Source: Candidatus Moraniibacteriota bacterium
GTDB taxonomy: Bacteria; Patescibacteriota; Minisyncoccia; Moranbacterales; GCA-2747515
DNA length: 64,000 nt
Reading direction: 5' to 3'
Assembly: GCA_942490825.1 (NCBI GenBank)
Contig: CALNYG010000015.1
Span: forward strand, 88,073-152,072
In this document: piece by piece, positions 1-7,440 of the stretch
Layout: each line of letters opens with the position of its first letter
Position numbering within the stretch: position 1 is the first letter of the stretch
Made by a program: the position numbers and the translations under genes
Notes under the pieces: generated by a model
Seen by the model: only the letters and a program-made list of their open reading frames with translations
Database searches by the model: none
Told to the model about the DNA's origin: nothing

Positions 1-242
1 CTCTGCTTTTGTTTGAATGTGCTTATCTTTTGGTAAAAATTTTTTATAAACATCCCAATGATCTGAACAGTATTTATCGCAATCAATTTTTTTGATTTTG
101 TCCCATAATTTTCTTCCAGTTTTTTCACCTCTTGTCCCTATCACGAAATCAATTATTATTTTACTAGATCTATCAACTGCAAGCCAAATCCAGGCTTTTT
201 TCTTTTTTTTAACACAAAATGCCACATTTCATCTAATTCCAT
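1..242 (-). pseudogene. IS1-family DDE transposase catalytic part, disrupted and truncated by the window edge
   Basis: An ATG at 240-242 lies in the same frame as InsA, 12 nt after its TAG, and gives MELDEMWHFVLKKRKK. The conserved continuation AWIWLAVDRSSKIIIDFVIGTRGEKTGRKLWDKI... is in the -1 frame after the A8-G-A6 run (plus-strand T runs 196-201 and 203-210). Confidence 0.6.
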
Positions 243-254
243 TTTTTCTATTTT

Positions 255-548
255 CTAATATTTTACTTCTTTTTTACTTTTTAAAATATTCCTTAATTTT
301 TTAGTTGCTTTTTTTACCCATCTTAATATACTAACGTTACTAACTTTCAGTATTCTTCCTATTGATCTAAATCCTAGTCCCTCTAAATACATTTCAATTG
401 CTTTTTTCTTAATTTCTTTAGGTTTTCCTCTTTTTGTAAATCTAGAAAAGTTATAGCTACATTCTTTACATAGATATCTTTGTTTTTTATTTACTTTACC
501 ATTTTTAACATAATTCTTATTATTGCAATGAGGGCATTTAATTTTCAT
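255..548 (-). CDS. IS1 InsA-like protein (zinc finger plus helix-turn-helix)
   Basis: 97 aa. It has CPHC...CKEC zinc-finger pairs, then an HTH-like segment (GLGFRSIGRILKVSNVSILRWVKK), as in IS1 InsA. It ends at a TAG at 255-257. Confidence 0.75.
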   Translation of the reverse strand: MKIKCPHCNNKNYVKNGKVNKKQRYLCKECSYNFSRFTKRGKPKEIKKKAIEMYLEGLGFRSIGRILKVSNVSILRWVKKATKKLRNILKSKKEVKY

Positions 549-628
549 TTTTTTGTTTTTAGGTATTTAATTACCTATTCATTTTACATTATCTATAGTT
601 TGGTAGCAATACCGAATTATTTACTCTT

Positions 629-1828
629 TTGGATAAAGTTCTTTGTGTAAAAATATTAGTTCCATTTTCTATTTTTATGCTTTTACTATTTTCATTTCTT
701 CCTTCTTTGAATTTTTTCGATGATGAAATTAATATTCTTATAATTTCAATTTTTGTTATTTATTTATTTTTTATATCTATTGTTTTTAAAAATATCTGGG
801 AATGGTTCATGAAAGAAAAAGATTATTTCATAGTTAAATTTCTTAAGAGTTTAGATGTTAAAAAAGATAAGCAAAAGATTTTGGATTCTTATGAGTCTTT
901 GTGGTTGAGGAATATTTCAGCGGAAAGAGAAAAAGAATATACAGAAATTTTTTGTGATGAAATAACTAAATTTTTAAATATAAAAGATTATAAAAGTGCA
1001 GTTAGAATAACACGATTTTATCTGAATGATATAGATAAAAGGGTAAATCTTTGGGTAATGGCTAATTTGTTTTTTTCAAATGTTTTAGATTGGATGAGAA
1101 TAGAAAAGGAAATAATAGATGTTGAAGAAAATTGGAATAAACTAGAAATGTATGATACGAAAAATGGATTTCGTTATTTTAGAAGTGATGTATTGACTGA
1201 TATTTTTGAGTTTCTAGTAAAGAAAGATGGATGGAATTTTTATGGTATTTATGATGTTGCTAAAAGAGAAAATGATTTAGATATATTGAAACATTTTTTT
1301 CATTTATTATTTGAAATTATAATTGATGAAAAAAATAATGATAAAGTTCAAATAATATTAAAACATTTTCCAAGTAAATGGAAGATAACAAGAGAAAATT
1401 TTATTCAAAAACATCAAGAAATAATTATAAAAAAATTTTTAGAAATTTTAGAACATCGTATTATAAAAAATATTCCAGAAAAAAAGTATGATCTTGTTTT
1501 AAATGAACTTGTTTCAGAATTATTTCCAGAAGTGGAACATGATGTATTTATTAATTCTATCTATCTTTTTTATTTTAGAAGTAAAGAATTTATAAGTAGA
1601 GATGAGAGATTAGGGATAACTATTGCGATTGATGGAGATATCGATGATATGATTAAAGATACTATTGAATTATTTAAATTATTGAATCCAAATTTTTACG
1701 GAAATAAAAATAAATTGGAAAAATTAAAAGCAGATTTTAAAGAAATGAAAGTATCTAATGAAACAGAAGAGAAAAGAAAGGATGACGCTTTGAAAATAAT
1801 TAATATGTATTTAGAAACTTTTAAATAA
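629..1828 (+). CDS. hypothetical membrane-anchored protein
   Basis: 399-aa ORF with a TTG start in the ORF track. Two N-terminal hydrophobic helices are followed by a K/E/I-rich helical region. No family motif recognised. It is very AT-rich and wedged between the IS end and a hairpin-repeat cluster. Confidence 0.5.
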   Translation: MDKVLCVKILVPFSIFMLLLFSFLPSLNFFDDEINILIISIFVIYLFFISIVFKNIWEWFMKEKDYFIVKFLKSLDVKKDKQKILDSYESLWLRNISAEREKEYTEIFCDEITKFLNIKDYKSAVRITRFYLNDIDKRVNLWVMANLFFSNVLDWMRIEKEIIDVEENWNKLEMYDTKNGFRYFRSDVLTDIFEFLVKKDGWNFYGIYDVAKRENDLDILKHFFHLLFEIIIDEKNNDKVQIILKHFPSKWKITRENFIQKHQEIIIKKFLEILEHRIIKNIPEKKYDLVLNELVSELFPEVEHDVFINSIYLFYFRSKEFISRDERLGITIAIDGDIDDMIKDTIELFKLLNPNFYGNKNKLEKLKADFKEMKVSNETEEKRKDDALKIINMYLETFK

Positions 1829-1846
1829 ATCAAAAACCTCCAAAAT

Positions 1847-2394
1847 GTCATTCCCGTTCGTAGCGAAGCGTAGGGGAGAGGGAATCTAGGATGATTGAAT
1901 TTACAGTTTACAGATGAAATTCAGTTTATAAAATAACTTAAAATTTCACGCACTGGATCCCCGTCTACGCGAGGATGACATGAATTAGAGTTTTTTTAAA
2001 AATTCGCAGGAACCAGTTTTACAACTGGTTCCGAAACGTTTTTGCTACGTTCAATATTATCCCTAAAATTTTTCACAAAACTATTTCAGAAACGTTAGGA
2101 TCGGGTTGTAAAACCCAATCCTGCAAAATCTAGGAGAAATAAATTTACAGTTTACAGATGAAATTCAGTTTATAAAATAACTTAAAGTTTCACGCACCTG
2201 GATCTCCGCCTACGCGGGGATGACACGATCAAGATGGTTTGTTGTATTAAAAATCCAATCTAGGGTCGACCCTAGATTGGATTTTAGTGTTTGGTGAAAG
2301 TAAAATCTTATAAAAAAGTTTAATGATTTTCTTTAGGAGATTCTTCACTGCGTAAATTTTTTTTACAAAAAATTAACTACGTTCAGAATGACAG
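1847..2394. repeat. intergenic hairpin-repeat cluster R1
   Basis: Contents: 1847-1980 is a large imperfect hairpin (arms gtcattcccgttcgtagcgaagcgtaggggagagggaatc and ggatccccgtctacgcgaggatgac). 2009-2040 and 2089-2122 are GC hairpins abutting GAAACGTT. 2127-2225 is a direct repeat of 1883-1980 with a 46-nt identical core. 2250-2285 is a perfect 36-nt palindrome. 2339-2394 is module A (gattcttcac...cgttcagaatgacag). Confidence 0.85.
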
Positions 2395-2477
2395 GCAAAC
2401 CTAGTTTATTTTTAAAAATAAACTTTCAACCTTTTATTTTATTGTTACTTTTTTAGTGATAAATTGCCAAATTATAA

Positions 2478-3188
2478 TTATTTAATTATATAAGAAAATT
2501 CATTATCAGATTCATTGCTTTCTTTAATAATATTAAGAGGATCTAGGATTATAGTAACTTTGTCGCCACTTTTTACACCAAATTTTATGGGCGTCCAAGG
2601 ATAGCCACTTTCACATTTAGCATTTTCACGACTTGGGTCTTTCAGTCCGCCAGCATATTTATCAGAAAAAATTGGTCCTAGGTATTCTTTATCTGTATAA
2701 ATTCTAGAATCTCCAGTGTAAGTCCAATCATAATTAACGGCGAAATCACCTATTGTTTTGCCACTGTTTTTAATTTTAGCAAAAACAAAAATAGTAGAAG
2801 TTTTATCACCACCTTTGTTAGTCATTAAACGAGTTTCTGTTTTTACATCTTCAACAAATAAGTTGGGCGGAAGATCACTGTCTTTTTCATCAACACTAAT
2901 TTTTTCTGGTGAAGGTCCTGTGTAACAAAAACTTTGTATCTCCGTACTTTTAATATATTCTTTTATCATATCTGAAAGACTTTCAGTGGCTTGTTGAGCT
3001 GCTGACTGAGTGGGTTGTTCTTGTACTTCAGGTGTTGGCTGAGTTGTTACAGATTGTTTAGTTGTTGACTGTTGTGTTTCTGGAATAGGTGCTACTGTTT
3101 GAATTTCACTGACTGATTGTTCATTATTACATCCAGTTAAAAAGACTGTTAATAGTAAAACTGAACTTAATATAATTACATTTTTCAT
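2478..3188 (-). CDS. hypothetical lipoprotein
   Basis: Signal peptide with lipobox (MKNVIILSSVLLLTVFLTGC), a Q/T/P-rich linker, and a C-terminal beta-rich domain. No family recognised. Confidence 0.6.
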   Translation of the reverse strand: MKNVIILSSVLLLTVFLTGCNNEQSVSEIQTVAPIPETQQSTTKQSVTTQPTPEVQEQPTQSAAQQATESLSDMIKEYIKSTEIQSFCYTGPSPEKISVDEKDSDLPPNLFVEDVKTETRLMTNKGGDKTSTIFVFAKIKNSGKTIGDFAVNYDWTYTGDSRIYTDKEYLGPIFSDKYAGGLKDPSRENAKCESGYPWTPIKFGVKSGDKVTIILDPLNIIKESNESDNEFSYIIK

Positions 3189-3217
3189 AAAATATTTGGG
3201 TTTAAAATTAAAAATTT

Positions 3218-3544
3218 TTATTTTCTAAAACAAGTCTTCAATTTCTCTTCAATCTCATTAAAAGGTTTATTCAAGATAGATTTATTAGCATAAACAATGG
3301 CATCGCAATTTTCAGGAAAAAGATCAATATTTTTTTTCAAAACCTCTCGTAATTTTCTTTTAATTTTATTTCGTTCAACAGCTTTCAAAGAAACTTTTTT
3401 AGAAACTACAACTGCAAAACGATTAAGTTCAAGATCATTTTTCAAAGCTTTAATCATAAAAAAATCATCATAAAAACTTTTTCCATTTCGAAAAATTTTA
3501 TTGAAATCTTTTATGCTAGTAACTCGATATTTTTTAGCAAACAT
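3218..3544 (-). CDS. rnpA: ribonuclease P protein component
   Basis: 108 aa and basic. FRNGKS... and VVVSKKVSLKAVERNKIKRKLRE match the conserved RnpA RNR-type region. Confidence 0.85.
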   Translation of the reverse strand: MFAKKYRVTSIKDFNKIFRNGKSFYDDFFMIKALKNDLELNRFAVVVSKKVSLKAVERNKIKRKLREVLKKNIDLFPENCDAIVYANKSILNKPFNEIEEKLKTCFRK

Positions 3545-3656
3545 TAAAAAGTATTTTTTTAAATTACCTTTTTATGTTACATAGTAAAACAAATTTGGTC
3601 AATGCGAATAGATTATATTTTTTTAAAAAGTATTCTTTAAACTCAAAGTATAGATT

Positions 3657-3974
3657 CCGGATAAATTATTTTCTATCTATAAAACGCGATAAATCGACGT
3701 TTCTACAAAAGAAAATATATTTTCCGGAATGATATGTCTGATGAATGATCTTTCTGTGGGGAATTTTTCACTTCATAAATTTATCTGAGATAAATTTATT
3801 ACGCCTGTCTGCCGACAAAGGCAGGTTCAGAATGACAGAAAAACTTATTGGGTGGATTGCGGTGTCTCTCCCTACGGTCATTTCTCGCAATTACGGTAAA
3901 TCTTTTGGAGTTTCGGAAAATGTTGAATGGTAAAAAGCCCGTGCGGCAAACCTGTCTTTTTGGCAGATAGGCAC
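3657..3974 (+). repeat. intergenic hairpin-repeat cluster R2
   Basis: 3657-3736 is module C, a long AT hairpin closed by TTCCGGA/TCCGGAA and followed by TGATA. 3761-3838 is module A with an extra nested GC hairpin (cctgtctgccgacaaaggcagg). 3936-3974 is the AGCCCGTGCGGC unit with a nested hairpin. Confidence 0.85.
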
Positions 3975-4283
3975 AGGAAATATTAAAACTTTTAGAATTA
4001 TTTTAGATTATTAAGTTCTCGCTACATTTAAGGAATAATCGCAACACTTAGATTATTTGCGATAGTATTGGCATTCATCATTAAAACACTCAGAATAAGA
4101 CATGTACTGTTTTTATTTATATTTTCATAAAAAATTACGAACAAAAATTTATTTATATTATTTTTTAGTTAAATACTTAACTTTTTAAATATATAGCTGT
4201 TGCAATTAATCATTGAACTCGGGCTCGAAAAATTTGACTAATACGCAATTTTTGAATACAATGTATAATATTGTGATAATATT

Positions 4284-4356
4284 GCACCGTTAGCTCAGTT
4301 GGTAGAGCAGTTGACTCTTAATCAAACGGTCGGGGGTTCAAATCCCTCACGGTGCA
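4284..4356 (+). tRNA. tRNA-Lys (anticodon CUU)
   Basis: 73-nt cloverleaf. Acceptor GCACCGT/ACGGTGC, D arm GCTC-AGTTGGT-AGAGC, anticodon loop CTCTTAA, T arm GGGGG-TTCAAAT-CCCTC. No encoded CCA. G-A mismatch at pair 27:43. Confidence 0.9.
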
Positions 4357-4388
4357 CAGGTTGAGGTCCTTTTTTGAGGATTTCTTTC

Positions 4389-4460
4389 GCTCCCATAGCT
4401 CAACGGATAGAGCAATAGCCTTCTAAGCTGGAGATCTAGGTTCGATTCCTAGTGGGGGTA
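4389..4460 (+). tRNA. tRNA-Arg (anticodon UCU)
   Basis: 72 nt. Acceptor GCTCCCA/TGGGGGT (two G-U pairs), D stem GCTC/GAGC, anticodon loop CTTCTAA, T arm CTAGG-TTCGATT-CCTAG. No encoded CCA. Confidence 0.85.
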
Positions 4461-4470
4461 CAAATATTAA

Positions 4471-4503
4471 AAAAACCACTACATTAATTTGAGTGGTTTT
4501 TTT
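4471..4503 (+). terminator. rho-independent terminator after the tRNA pair
   Basis: Stem AAACCACT/AGTGGTTT followed by a T run. Confidence 0.6.
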
Positions 4504-4541
4504 GTAAATTTTAAAATTGTAATTCTAAAAATGCTTTGAAT

Positions 4542-5762
4542 CTATTCTTCAGCTTTAGGGTAATCATTTGGTGAAGCATAGGAGCTTTTGAATACATCAT
4601 TAATCACAAGTTCTCTATTTTTGTTAAAGACTTTTTGGGTGAAATAAGTTTTCATTGATCCATCATCATTTTTTTCAGTTACAAATGGTCCTTCAACCTC
4701 CACTTTTCTTTTGTCACTTGTTCCATAGAATTTAAAAGCAAGATCATTAGTTTTTTCATCCATTTCAACTTGGACTAAAATATGTCCTGGTGTATTATTT
4801 ACAAATTTCAAATCAGGCTTTGGCAAGTAAATAGCTGCATCCATGCCTTGAGGGTCATAATAGTGAACAGGGTAAGCATGATTTCTTCTGGCAGTAATCG
4901 CTAGCCCACTGTAAATAGCTGCTCGAAATGTTGTTGTGGATACTTGGCAAATTCCACCACCAAATTCTTTTACGGTTTCACCTTTTTTGATAACTAATTC
5001 TTCTTCATAGCCAGTTTCTCCATCAACAGGTCCTAGTGTGTCGACAAAGGAAAATTCTTCTTCTGGTTTTATAACCATTCCATCAAATTTTTCAATTGCG
5101 GTTTTGATATTGTGAATGCGGGTTTTGGTAGATCCGTGAAAATTTGATTTTCCTTCGCCAATCAATTCGTTAATACCCAATTCTTTTAGATTGTCTGATC
5201 TTATCAAAGCTTTTTGTAAATTATAGGATAACTCAACCTGCTCTGGCAGCTTTGAACTGTTAATTATTTTATCAATTATTATTTCGATACTTTCTGGTAT
5301 GTTTAATTCTATTCCATCTAATTCTGCAGAAGTGATTTCTATTTTTTGCAATTTATCATTAAACTTAATTTTGGCATTTTTTGGTTCCTGACCTACTTTT
5401 TGAGATAAAGTTGCTAAATAAAAAGAAATATTTTCTTTGTTAACTACAGAATGGACATTTTTCTTTGTTGTATAACTATCTTGCAGGGAAGAGGTTAAAG
5501 TACAGATATTTTCTTTATTTGGACAGTAGTTTACATTTTCTATTTCTGATTTGTAGAAATTGTTTGTAGTTAAATATGGTTTAAAGTCTATCCATTCAGC
5601 AACGGTTGCATAAGATAGATTTTCCTTAGTATTATTTATTTTCAATATAATATTTGAATTGTTTGCTGAAGAAACTTTTGTATTTGCAAATAAAAAAATT
5701 AGTCCAATAAAAAATATTGAATTTATTTTTGATATGCTATTTTTTTTAAAATTTCTTTCCAT
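4542..5762 (-). CDS. VanW family protein
   Basis: N-terminal membrane anchor. The C-terminal GGGICQVSTTTFRAAIYSGL... motif is typical of the VanW domain. Confidence 0.75.
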   Translation of the reverse strand: MERNFKKNSISKINSIFFIGLIFLFANTKVSSANNSNIILKINNTKENLSYATVAEWIDFKPYLTTNNFYKSEIENVNYCPNKENICTLTSSLQDSYTTKKNVHSVVNKENISFYLATLSQKVGQEPKNAKIKFNDKLQKIEITSAELDGIELNIPESIEIIIDKIINSSKLPEQVELSYNLQKALIRSDNLKELGINELIGEGKSNFHGSTKTRIHNIKTAIEKFDGMVIKPEEEFSFVDTLGPVDGETGYEEELVIKKGETVKEFGGGICQVSTTTFRAAIYSGLAITARRNHAYPVHYYDPQGMDAAIYLPKPDLKFVNNTPGHILVQVEMDEKTNDLAFKFYGTSDKRKVEVEGPFVTEKNDDGSMKTYFTQKVFNKNRELVINDVFKSSYASPNDYPKAEE

Positions 5763-5792
5763 TTAATAAAATACTTGAGATGCTATAAAAAT

Positions 5793-5830
5793 AAACAAAG
5801 AGAGGACTAAAGTCAAGCCTCTCTTTGTTT
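5793..5830 (-). terminator. terminator downstream of hsp20
   Basis: 13-bp stem AAACAAAGAGAGG/CCTCTCTTTGTTT, with a U-rich tract on the minus-strand transcript. Confidence 0.65.
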
Positions 5831-5855
5831 TGATTTTTAAAATTTTGTATATTTT

Positions 5856-6404
5856 TTAGAATCCTCGAACTTGAATTTTTTTAGCAATTAAGGTGTCAGC
5901 TTTTGGTAATTTGATAGTTAAAATTCCATTCTTTAGAGAAGCATCAATTTTGTCAGTAACTACATCCATAGGTAGAACAATTGATCTGGAGAAAGGTCCC
6001 CAATAACACTCCTGATAATAATAACTATCTTCGTCAATGTGCTCTTCTTGCTTTCGCTCACCCTTTATAGTGATCATGTCGTTACTAATTGAAACATCAA
6101 CATCTTCAGGTTTTACTCCGGCGATGGTTGATTTTATAACAATACTAGTAGTTGTTTGGTAAACGTCAATTGTTAATTGTCCATCAGCCTCTCCATTGTC
6201 TTCATAGTCATCAATGTATTCTTCATTATTATTTTCAACAACAATATCAGAACTTTGCTCGGAGAAGTTTAAATCATCCTGAGGATAATTATCATCTGCA
6301 CTATAAACTGGTGTAGACGTAACAGGTTGTGCTGAATTTTCTTCTACTCCCTCTTGTTCAGAGCCAGTTATTCTATTTAAGAATGAAGATTTTTGTTTTT
6401 GCAT
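5856..6404 (-). CDS. Hsp20/alpha-crystallin family small heat-shock protein
   Basis: An acidic N-terminal extension precedes an alpha-crystallin domain (LTIDVYQT..., ITIKGERK..., GILTIKLPK). Confidence 0.85.
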   Translation of the reverse strand: MQKQKSSFLNRITGSEQEGVEENSAQPVTSTPVYSADDNYPQDDLNFSEQSSDIVVENNNEEYIDDYEDNGEADGQLTIDVYQTTTSIVIKSTIAGVKPEDVDVSISNDMITIKGERKQEEHIDEDSYYYQECYWGPFSRSIVLPMDVVTDKIDASLKNGILTIKLPKADTLIAKKIQVRGF

Positions 6405-6426
6405 ATATTTATTTTAATTTTCTTTT

Positions 6427-6455
6427 ATTATAAAACATTTACTTTAAAAACGCAA
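6427..6455 (-). promoter_or_regulatory. sigma70-type promoter for hsp20
   Basis: On the minus strand: TTGCGT (6455-6450), a 17-nt spacer, then TATAAT (6432-6427), about 20 nt upstream of the ATG. Confidence 0.45.
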
Positions 6456-6467
6456 CTTGATTTTATT

Positions 6468-6962
6468 TTATCGCGAAAAGAATAAAATAGCAATGTTGGC
6501 TCCAGTATGTAAAAGTATAATGGAAATAATTAATACAATTATATACTGTTTTTGTATTCTTGCAATACCGTGAATTAATAAAATTCCGAGTATTATGTGA
6601 GTTAGGCTAACGGTAATAATTGACCAAAGGGGAATTAGGGATAAATCATTGGTTTTATAATGGGCAAGGATGATCTCGGTTAATGCAAATCCAGATCCGA
6701 GTAAGGCTCCGTGTAGTGTTAGGCTTTTTTCCGTAGTGTAAAGTAAAATTCTTTTATAAAAAATTATAAATTTTAAACCTTCTTCAATTGTTGCTACCAG
6801 GATAATTATTAGCAATGAAAAAGAAAATATTAATTCTGTGTACTGAAAAGTGAAGCTGGAAAATCCTAAAATATCTTTTATGATTATTTCGCAAAAGACT
6901 TCTAGTATTAATGCGGTGAGGGCTATGATGAAGCCCCAGATTATGGATTCGATATATTTCAT
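6468..6962 (-). CDS. polytopic membrane protein, possible PrsW-like intramembrane protease
   Basis: Five or six TM helices. EEGLKF (EExxK) and HTGAN (HxxxN) motifs resemble the PrsW family. Confidence 0.35.
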   Translation of the reverse strand: MKYIESIIWGFIIALTALILEVFCEIIIKDILGFSSFTFQYTELIFSFSLLIIILVATIEEGLKFIIFYKRILLYTTEKSLTLHGALLGSGFALTEIILAHYKTNDLSLIPLWSIITVSLTHIILGILLIHGIARIQKQYIIVLIISIILLHTGANIAILFFSR

Positions 6963-7119
6963 TTAGTTATTAAATTTATAATTAATAATTTTTAATTTAG
7001 AATGATTTTAAAAAGTTATATTTCAAAATCTCACTTGACTCATTATTCTTTTTATGATATGATAAAAATTCAATCACAATATAAAAATGAAGAAGAGGGG
7101 TTACAAAAGGGGTTACAAA

Positions 7120-7386
7120 ATGAGTAAAGATGAGATGTATTTTTATCAGTGGCTCCTAATAAGGGAGTCCGCCATAATTAAAAAAATGGCTAGTAGCTTA
7201 GCCGAGAGCATGGTAAGAGAAGGAATGGAACCTTTTCTTGAGGTAATTTCAAAAAAGGGAGGTCAAGAAATTGCCGAGGAAATTGTCGGCAACCCAATTT
7301 TCTTGGAACAGATAGATGAAATTTTTTTCAGTAAAGGTGGAGAGGAGACGCCTGATTGGATAAAAGATAAAATGGAGGATGATTGA
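7120..7386 (+). CDS. hypothetical acidic protein
   Basis: The ORF track starts it at 7087. The ATG at 7120 (MSKDEMYFYQ...) is more plausible because 7097-7120 is a tandem 12-mer. Confidence 0.45.
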   Translation: MSKDEMYFYQWLLIRESAIIKKMASSLAESMVREGMEPFLEVISKKGGQEIAEEIVGNPIFLEQIDEIFFSKGGEETPDWIKDKMEDD

Positions 7387-7391
7387 TTTCG

Positions 7392-7428
7392 CTCCGCACC
7401 ATAGTTACATCGATACACAGGTGCGGAG
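7392..7428. terminator. bidirectional terminator between convergent genes
   Basis: 9-bp GC-rich stem CTCCGCACC/GGTGCGGAG, with a T run on the plus strand and an A run before it. Confidence 0.7.
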
Positions 7429-7440
7429 TTTATTTTTTTA

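Larger units (their letters stand above)
1..613 (-). mobile_element. IS1-family insertion sequence, partial (continues past the window start)
   Basis: On the minus strand an InsA-like Zn-finger/HTH ORF is followed by a DDE-transposase N-terminus (ELDEMWHFV..., AWIWLAVDRSSK...). The minus-strand terminus GGTATTGCTACCAAACTATAGATAATG (613 down to 587) resembles the IS1 terminal inverted repeats as I remember them (GGTAATGACTCCAACTTATTGATAGTG / GGTGATGCTGCCAACTTACTGAT). Confidence 0.6.

Noticed and set aside
92-304. 70-aa plus-strand ORF
   Set aside because: It is antisense to the IS1 transposase reading frames. The translation is F/L/I-rich noise.
601-623. Plus-strand reading GGTAGCAATACCGAATTATTTAC as an IS1-type repeat pointing rightward toward the 629-1828 gene
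   Set aside because: GGTAGCAATACC is nearly self-complementary. The minus-strand reading aligns much better with the IS1 end and has the correct orientation relative to insA.
1847-2394. The hairpin-repeat clusters as CRISPR arrays
   Set aside because: There is no constant-length repeat alternating with unique spacers of regular size. The modules differ in sequence and order, and no cas genes are present.
3545-3660. rpmH (L34) expected upstream of rnpA
   Set aside because: The minus-strand translation of this stretch has no Arg/Lys-rich 44-aa ORF. The region is A/T-only and then runs into repeat module C.
3745-3933. 62-aa plus-strand ORF
   Set aside because: It lies entirely across repeat modules (module A and the spacer before the AGCCCG unit), and the same DNA recurs in non-coding contexts elsewhere.
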